Positions 39,594 to 46,126 of a stretch of DNA of 64,000 bases are shown here, piece after piece. The stretch is from positions 4,323 through 68,322 of the forward strand of contig JAZNJI010000002.1 in the NCBI GenBank assembly GCA_045577965.1, written 5' to 3'. Origin of the DNA: Paludibacteraceae bacterium (GTDB taxonomy: Bacteria > Bacteroidota > Bacteroidia > Bacteroidales > Paludibacteraceae). The notes under the pieces were generated by a model that saw nothing but the letters and a program-made list of their open reading frames with translations, had not been told where the DNA came from and ran no database searches. The position numbers and the translations under genes are program-made. Position 1 is the stretch's first letter. Each line of letters begins with the position of its first letter.

Positions 39594-39696
39594 TAGTTAT
39601 AAACTATGAGTGATAAGTGATGAGGCAAGAATTGCGGCGCAAGCCGCATTCTCCCCGCCTTTACACTTTACACCTTACACTTTACACTATACACTA
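39594..39696. repeat. word-array / mini-hairpin repeat
   Basis: gtgataagtgatgagg, the hairpin gaattgcggcgcaagccgcattc, then cctttacactttacaccttacactttacactatacac. Confidence 0.8.
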
Positions 39697-39714
39697 AAAC
39701 AAAAAACAGAATTT

Positions 39715-39837
39715 ATGAAAAAAGTATATATCGCGCCTCAAACAGAGGCAATTGAGCTCCTAGGAGAAAACGCCATCATGGTAGGCAGTTCCCTAATTAT
39801 TGGATCTGGCGAAGGTGATGGTGGCGGCATGGGCTAA
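39715..39837 (+). CDS. possible 40-aa peptide with Gly-rich C terminus
   Basis: MKKVYIAPQTEAIELLGENAIMVGSSLIIGSGEGDGGGMG. It lies between a hairpin after the surface-protein gene and the first conserved cassette hairpin. No TAnnTTTG box lies in front of it. Confidence 0.3.
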   Translation: MKKVYIAPQTEAIELLGENAIMVGSSLIIGSGEGDGGGMG

Positions 39838-39882
39838 TCCCGCCCTCCCAAAATTGATTTATTAGCCTTCGGGCTTATCTTA

Positions 39883-39915
39883 CACCACAACCGCTCACTC
39901 TGGGCGGTTGTGGTG
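39883..39915 (+). repeat. conserved cassette hairpin, copy 1
   Basis: caccacaaccgc-tcactctgg-gcggttgtggtg. The 3' flank ttagtccactctttcagaaaaaa is shared with copy 2. Confidence 0.85.
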
Positions 39916-39976
39916 TTGTTAGTCCACTCTTTCAGAAAAAATAAGCCCAATAGTTGCATATTTCAAAAAAAAACAT

Positions 39977-39984
39977 TACCTTTG
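39977..39984 (+). promoter_or_regulatory. -7 box TACCTTTG, cassette 1
   Basis: Preceded by ttgcatatttcaaaaaaaaa, directly after hairpin copy 1. Confidence 0.7.
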
Positions 39985-40034
39985 CAGCGAAAATCTGTAG
40001 CATGATACAAAAATATTAAATAAAACTATGTTTT

Positions 40035-40166
40035 ATGAGTGCAACCGATTACTTAAATAATGCACAAGAGTGGTTAGCTCAGCAATCTCAAAGAACGATT
40101 GATTACCAATGGGAGATTCAGCATCACAACCAAATGCACAAAGCCTACGAAACCTCACTAGTATAA
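40035..40166 (+). CDS. possible 43-aa protein (cassette 1)
   Basis: Manual translation gives MSATDYLNNAQEWLAQQSQRTIDYQWEIQHHNQMHKAYETSLV. It starts 51 nt after a TACCTTTG box and is followed by conserved hairpin copy 2. Confidence 0.25.
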   Translation: MSATDYLNNAQEWLAQQSQRTIDYQWEIQHHNQMHKAYETSLV

Positions 40167-40202
40167 AGCCATCATTCTACTACACACCATTTGATATTCC
40201 AT

Positions 40203-40234
40203 CTCACAACCGTTCTCTCAGGGCGGTTGTGGTG
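40203..40234 (+). repeat. conserved cassette hairpin, copy 2
   Basis: ctcacaaccg-ttctctcagg-gcggttgtggtg, followed by tttagtccactctttcagaaaaaa. Confidence 0.85.
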
Positions 40235-40326
40235 TGTTTAGTCCACTCTTTCAGAAAAAAACATATCGAATAATACTAAATTGCATAAATTTTGTACAAT
40301 AATTTTCAAATTTCAAAAATTTATTG

Positions 40327-40334
40327 TATCTTTG
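40327..40334 (+). promoter_or_regulatory. -7 box TATCTTTG, cassette 2
   Basis: 28 nt before the DUF4160-like ATG. Confidence 0.7.
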
Positions 40335-40361
40335 CAAGCGAAAACAAGAAAATAACATGCC

Positions 40362-40652
40362 ATGCCTAAAGTTCTACAGTATATTACTGCTTATTTTACT
40401 TGGGTTTTTCTCTTCTACGGAACAGATGTCAACGAGAATCGTGCTCATGTACATGTCGGTAAACGTGGCGTAGATAAATTTTGTAAAATTTGGTTAGAAC
40501 CGTTTATTAGTATCGCGGATGCTGGCGATTTAACTCTATCGCAACAAAAGCAAGTTTTACAAATTGTTGAGGAGCAACAAGATAAACTATTGAAGCAATG
40601 GGCATTATTCAAAGAGGGGAAACCTATTAAAATGTTAACCATTAAACGCTAA
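40362..40652 (+). CDS. DUF4160-like protein
   Basis: 96 aa. The N terminus with the NENRAHVHVGKRG His-rich block resembles DUF4160. It is paired with a DUF2442-like gene 7 nt downstream. Confidence 0.55.
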   Translation: MPKVLQYITAYFTWVFLFYGTDVNENRAHVHVGKRGVDKFCKIWLEPFISIADAGDLTLSQQKQVLQIVEEQQDKLLKQWALFKEGKPIKMLTIKR

Positions 40653-40659
40653 TATAACT

Positions 40660-40923
40660 ATGTGTAAAGTAGAAGGATATTGGAATATTACTCCAAAAAT
40701 CAAATGTGTATCTTTCCCTATCCGTGGAAAGATGTCTGTAAAGTTGGAAGATGGTCGTGTGATTATTGTTCCTCTTTCTTCGTTTCCATCCATAAAAAAG
40801 GTTCCTGTCAAGGACCGCTCTAAATGGTATTTAATGGGCGGTGGAGTGACATGGGATAGTTGTCCTGAAGTTATTCATATTGAGCAGATATTAGGTAATT
40901 ATCAGAATTATCAACACGAGTAA
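40660..40923 (+). CDS. DUF2442-like protein
   Basis: 87 aa. VKLEDGRVIIVPLSSFPSIKKVPVKDRSKWYLMGGGVTWDSCPEVIHIEQIL fits the DUF2442 pattern as I recall it. Confidence 0.6.
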   Translation: MCKVEGYWNITPKIKCVSFPIRGKMSVKLEDGRVIIVPLSSFPSIKKVPVKDRSKWYLMGGGVTWDSCPEVIHIEQILGNYQNYQHE

Positions 40924-40985
40924 AAACTGCGTTTCTCCACGCAATCACAAAAACCTGTGCACACCACAGATCTTATAACCCCATC

Positions 40986-41016
40986 CCACAACCGCTCACT
41001 CTGGGCGGTTGTGGTG
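40986..41016 (+). repeat. conserved cassette hairpin, copy 3
   Basis: ccacaaccgc-tcactctgg-gcggttgtggtg, followed by tttttagga. Confidence 0.85.
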
Positions 41017-41090
41017 TTTTTAGGAGTAGCACTTTGTGAAATAATAGGCACTTATTTTATATAACACTTGCATATTTCATTTTTTTTCTG

Positions 41091-41098
41091 TACTTTTG
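41091..41098 (+). promoter_or_regulatory. -7 box TACTTTTG, cassette 3
   Basis: Preceded by cttgcatatttcatttttttt, 30 nt before ATG 41128. Confidence 0.7.
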
Positions 41099-41127
41099 CA
41101 CGGATTTTGTAGATTAATTATTAGACT

Positions 41128-41343
41128 ATGAATACACAAACATTAAACTTTACCATATTCTGTATTGGTAATGTAGCAGAATATCTCAAGATAAATGCCC
41201 GCGATGTATATCATAAAATGCAACAAGCGGACATGATATCTTCTTATATCGTGCCATGCTACGATGTCCTACATTCATTCTCTAAAGAATATATCGTCGA
41301 GGATCTTGTTAACCACATGAAGCAGAAAGGAGTATTACAATGA
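41128..41343 (+). CDS. DUF3791-like small protein
   Basis: 71 aa. It overlaps the downstream DUF3990-like gene by 4 nt, and a paralogous small ORF follows that gene. Confidence 0.5.
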   Translation: MNTQTLNFTIFCIGNVAEYLKINARDVYHKMQQADMISSYIVPCYDVLHSFSKEYIVEDLVNHMKQKGVLQ

Positions 41344-41813
41344 TTACTCTTTATCACACATCCAATCAAGAAGTGCCACAACCTGATGTTCTGCATTCTA
41401 GACAGCACCTCGACTTCGGACGAGGTTTCTACCTAACACCTATCTACGAACAAGCTAAGAAATATGGCGAACGCTTCTTACGCAAAGGCGAAGAAGCATA
41501 CATCAATGTGTATGAACTCGACGAAGATTTAACTGGCTTTACCAAAAAAGTATTTGAGCAATACGACAATCAATGGTTGGATTTTGTTACTGCTTGCAGA
41601 AAAGGACATGACCATCCTCACTATGACATTATAGAAGGAGGTATTGCAGATGACCAAGTGTTCAACACTATAGATTTGTATTTTGCAGGAATATACACTT
41701 ATGAACAAGCCCTTGATCAACTGCGCTACAAGAAACCCAATCATCAGATGTGTATAACAAATGCTAATCTTCTAAAAGAGAAATTACATTTTATTGAATC
41801 GATCAAACTTTAA
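41340..41813 (+). CDS. DUF3990-like protein with PARP/ART-like H-Y-E signature
   Basis: 157 aa. LYHTS (His), GRGFYLT (Tyr) and DIIEGGIADD (Glu) occur in the order and spacing typical of H-Y-E ADP-ribosyltransferases. Confidence 0.55.
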   Translation: MITLYHTSNQEVPQPDVLHSRQHLDFGRGFYLTPIYEQAKKYGERFLRKGEEAYINVYELDEDLTGFTKKVFEQYDNQWLDFVTACRKGHDHPHYDIIEGGIADDQVFNTIDLYFAGIYTYEQALDQLRYKKPNHQMCITNANLLKEKLHFIESIKL

Positions 41814-41818
41814 CTACT

Positions 41819-42028
41819 ATGGAAGCTAATCCGATTATTCTTCAACAGAAATACGCACGTATTGTACAATTGTTCGCAAATAAAGCCGGTTATTCATATG
41901 AGCAAGCGTTGGGAATGTTCTACGACTCCAAAACTTTTGAATTAATCAGCGAAGGAGTAGCTGATATGCATTGCCTAAGCGATGAATACCTCGCTGACGA
42001 ACTCTGCATTGAATATAATATCCACTAG
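41819..42028 (+). CDS. DUF3791-like small protein (second copy)
   Basis: 69 aa. It begins 5 nt after the DUF3990-like gene and is followed by conserved hairpin copy 4. Confidence 0.5.
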   Translation: MEANPIILQQKYARIVQLFANKAGYSYEQALGMFYDSKTFELISEGVADMHCLSDEYLADELCIEYNIH

Positions 42029-42053
42029 ACATCAAAACTCTTTGAACTTATCT

Positions 42054-42083
42054 CCCAACCGCTCACTCAGGGCGGTTGTGGTG
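42054..42083 (+). repeat. conserved cassette hairpin, copy 4
   Basis: cccaaccgc-tcactcagg-gcggttgtggtg, followed by tgtttagga. The left arm is 2 nt shorter. Confidence 0.8.
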
Positions 42084-42100
42084 TGTTTAGGAATATACTG

Positions 42101-42138
42101 CGTGATTGAGTGATGAGTGATAAACTATGAGTGATGAG
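42101..42138. repeat. word array (C-poor)
   Basis: cgtgattgagtgatgagtgataaactatgagtgatgag. Confidence 0.7.
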
Positions 42139-42240
42139 TTTCTACGGACTTTTTGAAAACCTATCAGAAAATGTCCGTAGGAATTCATTACAAAATCATA
42201 AGTCACTCATTATCAAATAAAACCTTTTGTTAAGTAAGCA

Positions 42241-42310
42241 TAGGATATTTAGGAAATTTAGGAATTTCGGGAATTTAATTTCCTAAAATTCCTAAAATTC
42301 CTAATGTTCC
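42241..42310. repeat. palindromic word array
   Basis: taggatatttaggaaatttaggaatttcgggaattt-aa-tttcctaaaattcctaaaattcctaatgttcc. Confidence 0.85.
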
Positions 42311-42864
42311 TTACTTATATTTAGCCGAAAGGATAAGTATGGTATATGAATCATATAGTTATCATATACTAATCTCATAGTAATGTCATAGTATGAACCC
42401 GTCAAGAACCCGTAATTGGTAGTTAATTCAGTAATTCTCCTTGCCTTCGGCAGAAATCTTATTAAATCCTATTGCGCAGATGCCACCCATTTCAAAGCAC
42501 TCCGTGATAAATTGCAACCGCTAGCACTCGCTTTTAGCTCGTCCGCTTAATCTTACAGAATGTGAAGGAGAAACTACTGACAGTGTCAACAAGTATATAA
42601 ATCCCATTCAAAATATTGTTGTACCTTCGAACATCTGCCTGCCTATCGGCATTCCCTCGTAGCCACGTTCGCACAATGCCGGACATACTTCAAACCACTC
42701 GCATTTTTTTGAATGCGGCTTCGCCTTTTATTGAGTTAAAGCTAATGCGCTCTATTGTGAGTAAACTCTCTCCGAGCGCTTAGATTTAACTCAATTGATA
42801 TATAAAATATATCTCCATTCAAAAAAAAATTGCTCGCTTATTTGCGTATGTGCATTTTTTGTTG

Positions 42865-42872
42865 TACCTTTG
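42865..42872 (+). promoter_or_regulatory. -7 box TACCTTTG for pyrH
   Basis: 62 nt before the ATG. Confidence 0.7.
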
Positions 42873-42933
42873 TAGCGGTAATAGTATATTACGCATACCA
42901 CACCCAAAGTTAGAACCATAAAAAAAGACAGAT

Positions 42934-43638
42934 ATGAACAACCGAATACTACTGAAACTTTCAGGCGAAAGCCTCATGGGCGCACAGCAATACGGTATTG
43001 ATCCTCAACGCCTATCTGACTATGCCAACCAAATTCACAACATCGCTAACACTGGCCTACAAGTAGCTATCGTCATCGGTGGAGGCAATATCTTCCGCGG
43101 ACTCAGCGGCGCACAAAAAGGCTTTGACCGCGTCAAAGGCGACCAAATGGGCATGCTAGCCACCGTGATCAACTCGCTCGCACTCTGCTCCGCATTGGAG
43201 GCTGTAGGACAAAAAGCACGCGTGATGACTAGCGTACGCATGGAGCCAATCGGCGAACTATACACAGCTGACAAAGCACTTCGCCTATTGAGCAAAGGAT
43301 ATGTAGTGATCGTGGCTGGTGGCACTGGCAACCCATACTTCACTACCGACACCGCTTCCGTACTCCGCGCCATCGAACTCAAAGCAGATGTGATGATGAA
43401 GGGCACACGCGTGGACGGCATCTACACCGCTGACCCAGAGAAAGACCCTACGGCTACCAAATACACTCAGATCACCTACGACGAGATCCTGGAGATGAAG
43501 CTCAAGGTCATGGACCTCACAGCCATCACCATGTGCCGTGAGAACAACATGCCAATCTATGTTTTTGACATGGACACCGTAGGCAACCTCGAAAAAGTAA
43601 TCAACGGACAACAAATAGGAACACTGGTCAAGCCATAG
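42934..43638 (+). CDS. pyrH: UMP kinase
   Basis: ILLKLSGESL, VIGGGNIFRG and TTDTASVLRAIE are present. Confidence 0.95.
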   Translation: MNNRILLKLSGESLMGAQQYGIDPQRLSDYANQIHNIANTGLQVAIVIGGGNIFRGLSGAQKGFDRVKGDQMGMLATVINSLALCSALEAVGQKARVMTSVRMEPIGELYTADKALRLLSKGYVVIVAGGTGNPYFTTDTASVLRAIELKADVMMKGTRVDGIYTADPEKDPTATKYTQITYDEILEMKLKVMDLTAITMCRENNMPIYVFDMDTVGNLEKVINGQQIGTLVKP

Positions 43639-43642
43639 GCTT

Positions 43643-43716
43643 GGTGTAGAATGGTATAGGATAGTATAGAAGTGGTATAGGATGGTATAGAATAGTATAG
43701 AAGTGGTATAGGATGG
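43643..43716. repeat. C-free word array upstream of four-helix-bundle gene 1
   Basis: ggtgtagaatggtataggatagtatagaagtggtataggatggtatagaatagtatagaagtggtataggatgg. Confidence 0.9.
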
Positions 43717-44117
43717 TTGGATTTGCTACGAAAATAGAAGATTTGAGGATATGGCAAAATGCTCGTACTATCAGTAAAGCTATATACAGCCTCACTTACC
43801 ATGATAACTTTGAGAAAGATTATCGCTTTGTACAACAAATTCGCGCCGCTGCAGGATCTATAATGGATAATATTGCAGAAGGATTCGGAAGAAGTGGAAG
43901 CAAAGAATTTATACAATTTCTTTATATTGCAAGAGGCTCTTGCCAAGAAGTTATTAGCCAACTATACCGTGCATGGGATATTCAATATATTTCTGAGGAA
44001 GAATTCACAGAAACTAAAAAACAGGTCGAGACAACTTCTGTTATGATTTATAACCTAATAGATAATCTCAAGCAATCAGAAAACAAAGGTCCCAAGTACA
44101 GCCCTACACCCCACTAA
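43713..44117 (+). CDS. four-helix-bundle protein (23S rRNA IVS protein / Avd-like family)
   Basis: IEDLRIWQNA...FVQQIRAAAGSIMDNIAEGFGRSGSKEFIQFLYIARGSCQEV is the family signature. A paralog lies at 62361-62762. Confidence 0.8.
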   Translation: MVGFATKIEDLRIWQNARTISKAIYSLTYHDNFEKDYRFVQQIRAAAGSIMDNIAEGFGRSGSKEFIQFLYIARGSCQEVISQLYRAWDIQYISEEEFTETKKQVETTSVMIYNLIDNLKQSENKGPKYSPTPH

Positions 44118-44251
44118 ACCACCCTATACAACCCTACACAGCGCGAAGCGCTACTAAACAACCCTATACAATACTACACAGCGCAAAGCGCTACTAAACA
44201 ACCCTAAACAACCCTACACAACCCTATACAACCCTATACAACCCTATACAA
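44103..44251. repeat. G-free word array with two GCGAAGC-type mini-hairpins downstream of four-helix-bundle gene 1
   Basis: ccctataca/ccctacaca words plus agcgcgaagcgct and agcgcaaagcgct. It runs up to the frr ATG. Confidence 0.9.
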
Positions 44252-44252
44252 T

Positions 44253-44813
44253 ATGATCGAACCTAAAGTTATTTTGAACGACGCAGAGGAATTGATGGAA
44301 TCTGCTGTCATGTACCTCGACGACGCTTTGGCGCGCATCCGCGCAGGCAAAGCCAGTGCACGAATCTTGGATGTAGTCAAGGTGGAATACTACGGACAAA
44401 TGTCGCCACTATCCAATGTGGCTACTATCACCACCCCTGACGCTCGCACCATCCAAATCCAACCTTGGGAGAAGAAAATGCTCTCCGACATCGAACGCGC
44501 ATTGATCAACTCCAGCATTGGTTTGGCTCCAAACAACAATGGCGAGTGCATCCGACTCATGATACCACCATTGACCGAGGAACGCCGTAAAGAACTCGCT
44601 AAGCAATGCAAAGGCGAAGCCGAGAACGCAAAAGTGAGCGTACGCAACGCACGCCGCGATGCCATCGACACCCTCAAAAAGCAAATCAAAGAAGGTTTGC
44701 CAGAGGACGCTGAGAAAGATGCGGAGAACGATGCACAAAAACTTCACGACAAATATGTGAAGCGCATCGACGAAATCTACGCAGCCAAGGAGAAAGAAAT
44801 CATGACTGTGTAA
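44253..44813 (+). CDS. frr: ribosome recycling factor
   Basis: 186 aa. IRAGKASARILD..V.VEYYG, PPLTEERRKEL and RNARRDA are present. Confidence 0.95.
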   Translation: MIEPKVILNDAEELMESAVMYLDDALARIRAGKASARILDVVKVEYYGQMSPLSNVATITTPDARTIQIQPWEKKMLSDIERALINSSIGLAPNNNGECIRLMIPPLTEERRKELAKQCKGEAENAKVSVRNARRDAIDTLKKQIKEGLPEDAEKDAENDAQKLHDKYVKRIDEIYAAKEKEIMTV

Positions 44814-44934
44814 GTTTAGGTTAAAGGTTAGAGGTTAAAGGTTAGAGGTTAAAGGCTAGAAATACCACCCTATACCACCCTACACAACACTACTCTACTG
44901 CTAAACTACTATCGCAAAGCGATCACTCATACTG
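44814..44934. repeat. word arrays (C-free, then G-free) with mini-hairpin
   Basis: gtttaggttaaaggttagaggttaaaggttagaggttaaagg, then ataccaccctataccaccctacacaacactactctactgctaaactact, then atcgcaaagcgat. Confidence 0.9.
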
Positions 44935-44949
44935 ACAATAGCATGGGCA

Positions 44950-46077
44950 TTGGCTATCCCAATGTCTCATGCTATTTCGCTAGATAGCCTGCTTAACCTG
45001 CCCGCTATGGGCATACCTGTCATCAACTACTCACCCGAATCAACATGGGAGTTTGGCGCCGCAGCGCAAGGCTACTTCCGCCTGCCCAACCAAGAGCGTA
45101 CCTCCATCGTGCAACTCGATGGTACCTACTCGCTCAACCACCAGTGGTATATCAATGCGCAAGGGACGCTGTATTTCGGGAATCGGGAGTCCGAAGTCCG
45201 GAATAAAGGAGTAAGCTCTTGGCAACTGCAATTCCGCGCCGGCTATAGCGACCGACCAGCCACCTACTACGGCATCTACCACGACTCCCACTTTGCCAAC
45301 GAAGGCAACACCGGCATCGGCATGCTGCGTCAGGGAACACCCTACCAACTGCAGCGCGGCTATCTCAATATCCAAACACCGATCTATGTGGGCAAAAACA
45401 TAGCTGTCGGGCCAATGGCAGACATGCTCATCGCACGATTCAGCATCCAGGACACCTACACCACCGTCAATCCGCTAGTGCAACTGGCACTGGGTGCTGT
45501 AGCCCAATACGACTCGCGAGACAATGTCTTCTACCCTACCAAGGGTATCTTTGCCAAAGTCACCGCAGCCGCCGCATATACCAACCAGATAGACATACCC
45601 CAAGGACAACAAGCCACCGTCAATGGCCTACTATCTGCTGATTTGCGACACTATGTACCATTGCCCTGTGACCTCGTCTTTGCTTGGCAATTCAAGGCAC
45701 AACTGATGCTATCACCATACCACATCTCCCACCTCACCCTCTACCCTATGCTTCCACGCCTAGGCGGACAAGACGGTATTAGAGGTATCAATAGCGACAT
45801 GTTTCGCGACGACATCATGCTCGCTCTCCAAGCCGAGCTCCGCATACCCATCTGGAGTATCTTCCGCGCCGCTGTATTCGCAGGCATAGGCGATGTGTAC
45901 GACTACCACAACTGGCACTGGGCTGTGCCCAAAGTGGGCTATGGACTCGGACTAAGAGCCGCCATCAACAAAGCCAAAGTAAACATCCGCTTCGACATAG
46001 CCCGCAGCAACATTGACCCACGATGGAATAATATCAATGCCTACAGTTTCTACCTCACCGCCACCGAAGCATTTTAA
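44950..46077 (+). CDS. Omp85/BamA-family outer-membrane beta-barrel protein; start codon uncertain
   Basis: Beta-barrel strands and the terminal aromatic ...YSFYLTATEAF are present. The frame is open upstream to 44905 and encodes a signal-peptide-like KRSLILTIAWALAIPMSHA, but no ATG, GTG or TTG precedes it. Confidence 0.6.
   Translation: MAIPMSHAISLDSLLNLPAMGIPVINYSPESTWEFGAAAQGYFRLPNQERTSIVQLDGTYSLNHQWYINAQGTLYFGNRESEVRNKGVSSWQLQFRAGYSDRPATYYGIYHDSHFANEGNTGIGMLRQGTPYQLQRGYLNIQTPIYVGKNIAVGPMADMLIARFSIQDTYTTVNPLVQLALGAVAQYDSRDNVFYPTKGIFAKVTAAAAYTNQIDIPQGQQATVNGLLSADLRHYVPLPCDLVFAWQFKAQLMLSPYHISHLTLYPMLPRLGGQDGIRGINSDMFRDDIMLALQAELRIPIWSIFRAAVFAGIGDVYDYHNWHWAVPKVGYGLGLRAAINKAKVNIRFDIARSNIDPRWNNINAYSFYLTATEAF
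45177..45209 (+). repeat. array-like segment inside the Omp85-like gene
   Basis: cgggaatcgggagtccgaagtccggaataaagg shares gaatcgggagtc words with the intergenic segment at 23871-23892. Confidence 0.45.
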
Positions 46078-46122
46078 CCACACTACACAATATTGAACAA
46101 CGTTGAACCATTTTGAACCAAC
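46078..46122. repeat. word array
   Basis: ccacactacacaatattgaacaacgttgaaccattttgaaccaac. The ttgaac words also occur at 62.3-62.8 kb. Confidence 0.75.
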
Positions 46123-46126
46123 TTTT

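Noticed and set aside
39883-42095. Calling the hairpin-delimited modules an integron
   Set aside because: No IntI-type integrase or attI lies in the window, and each module has its own promoter, unlike integron cassettes. The observation is kept only as an analogy in the findings.
3846-42424. The 32-nt direct repeat at 3846 and 42393 considered as att sites of a 38-kb element
   Set aside because: The interval is dominated by core genes (clpB, ddl, prs, recG, tpiA). The repeat is itself a two-word array (atgaacccgt x2) of the dispersed family.
42505-42552. tmRNA-like tag segment (..ccgctagcactcgcttttagctcgtccgcttaa)
   Set aside because: There is no tRNA-like 5' GGGG or 3' T-arm/CCA end, the tag does not end in the usual LAA, and no pseudoknot pattern was recognised.
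44103-44251. Word arrays considered as CRISPR arrays
   Set aside because: The period is only 7-10 nt, there are no unique spacers of 25-40 nt, no cas genes are present, and the units are degenerate.
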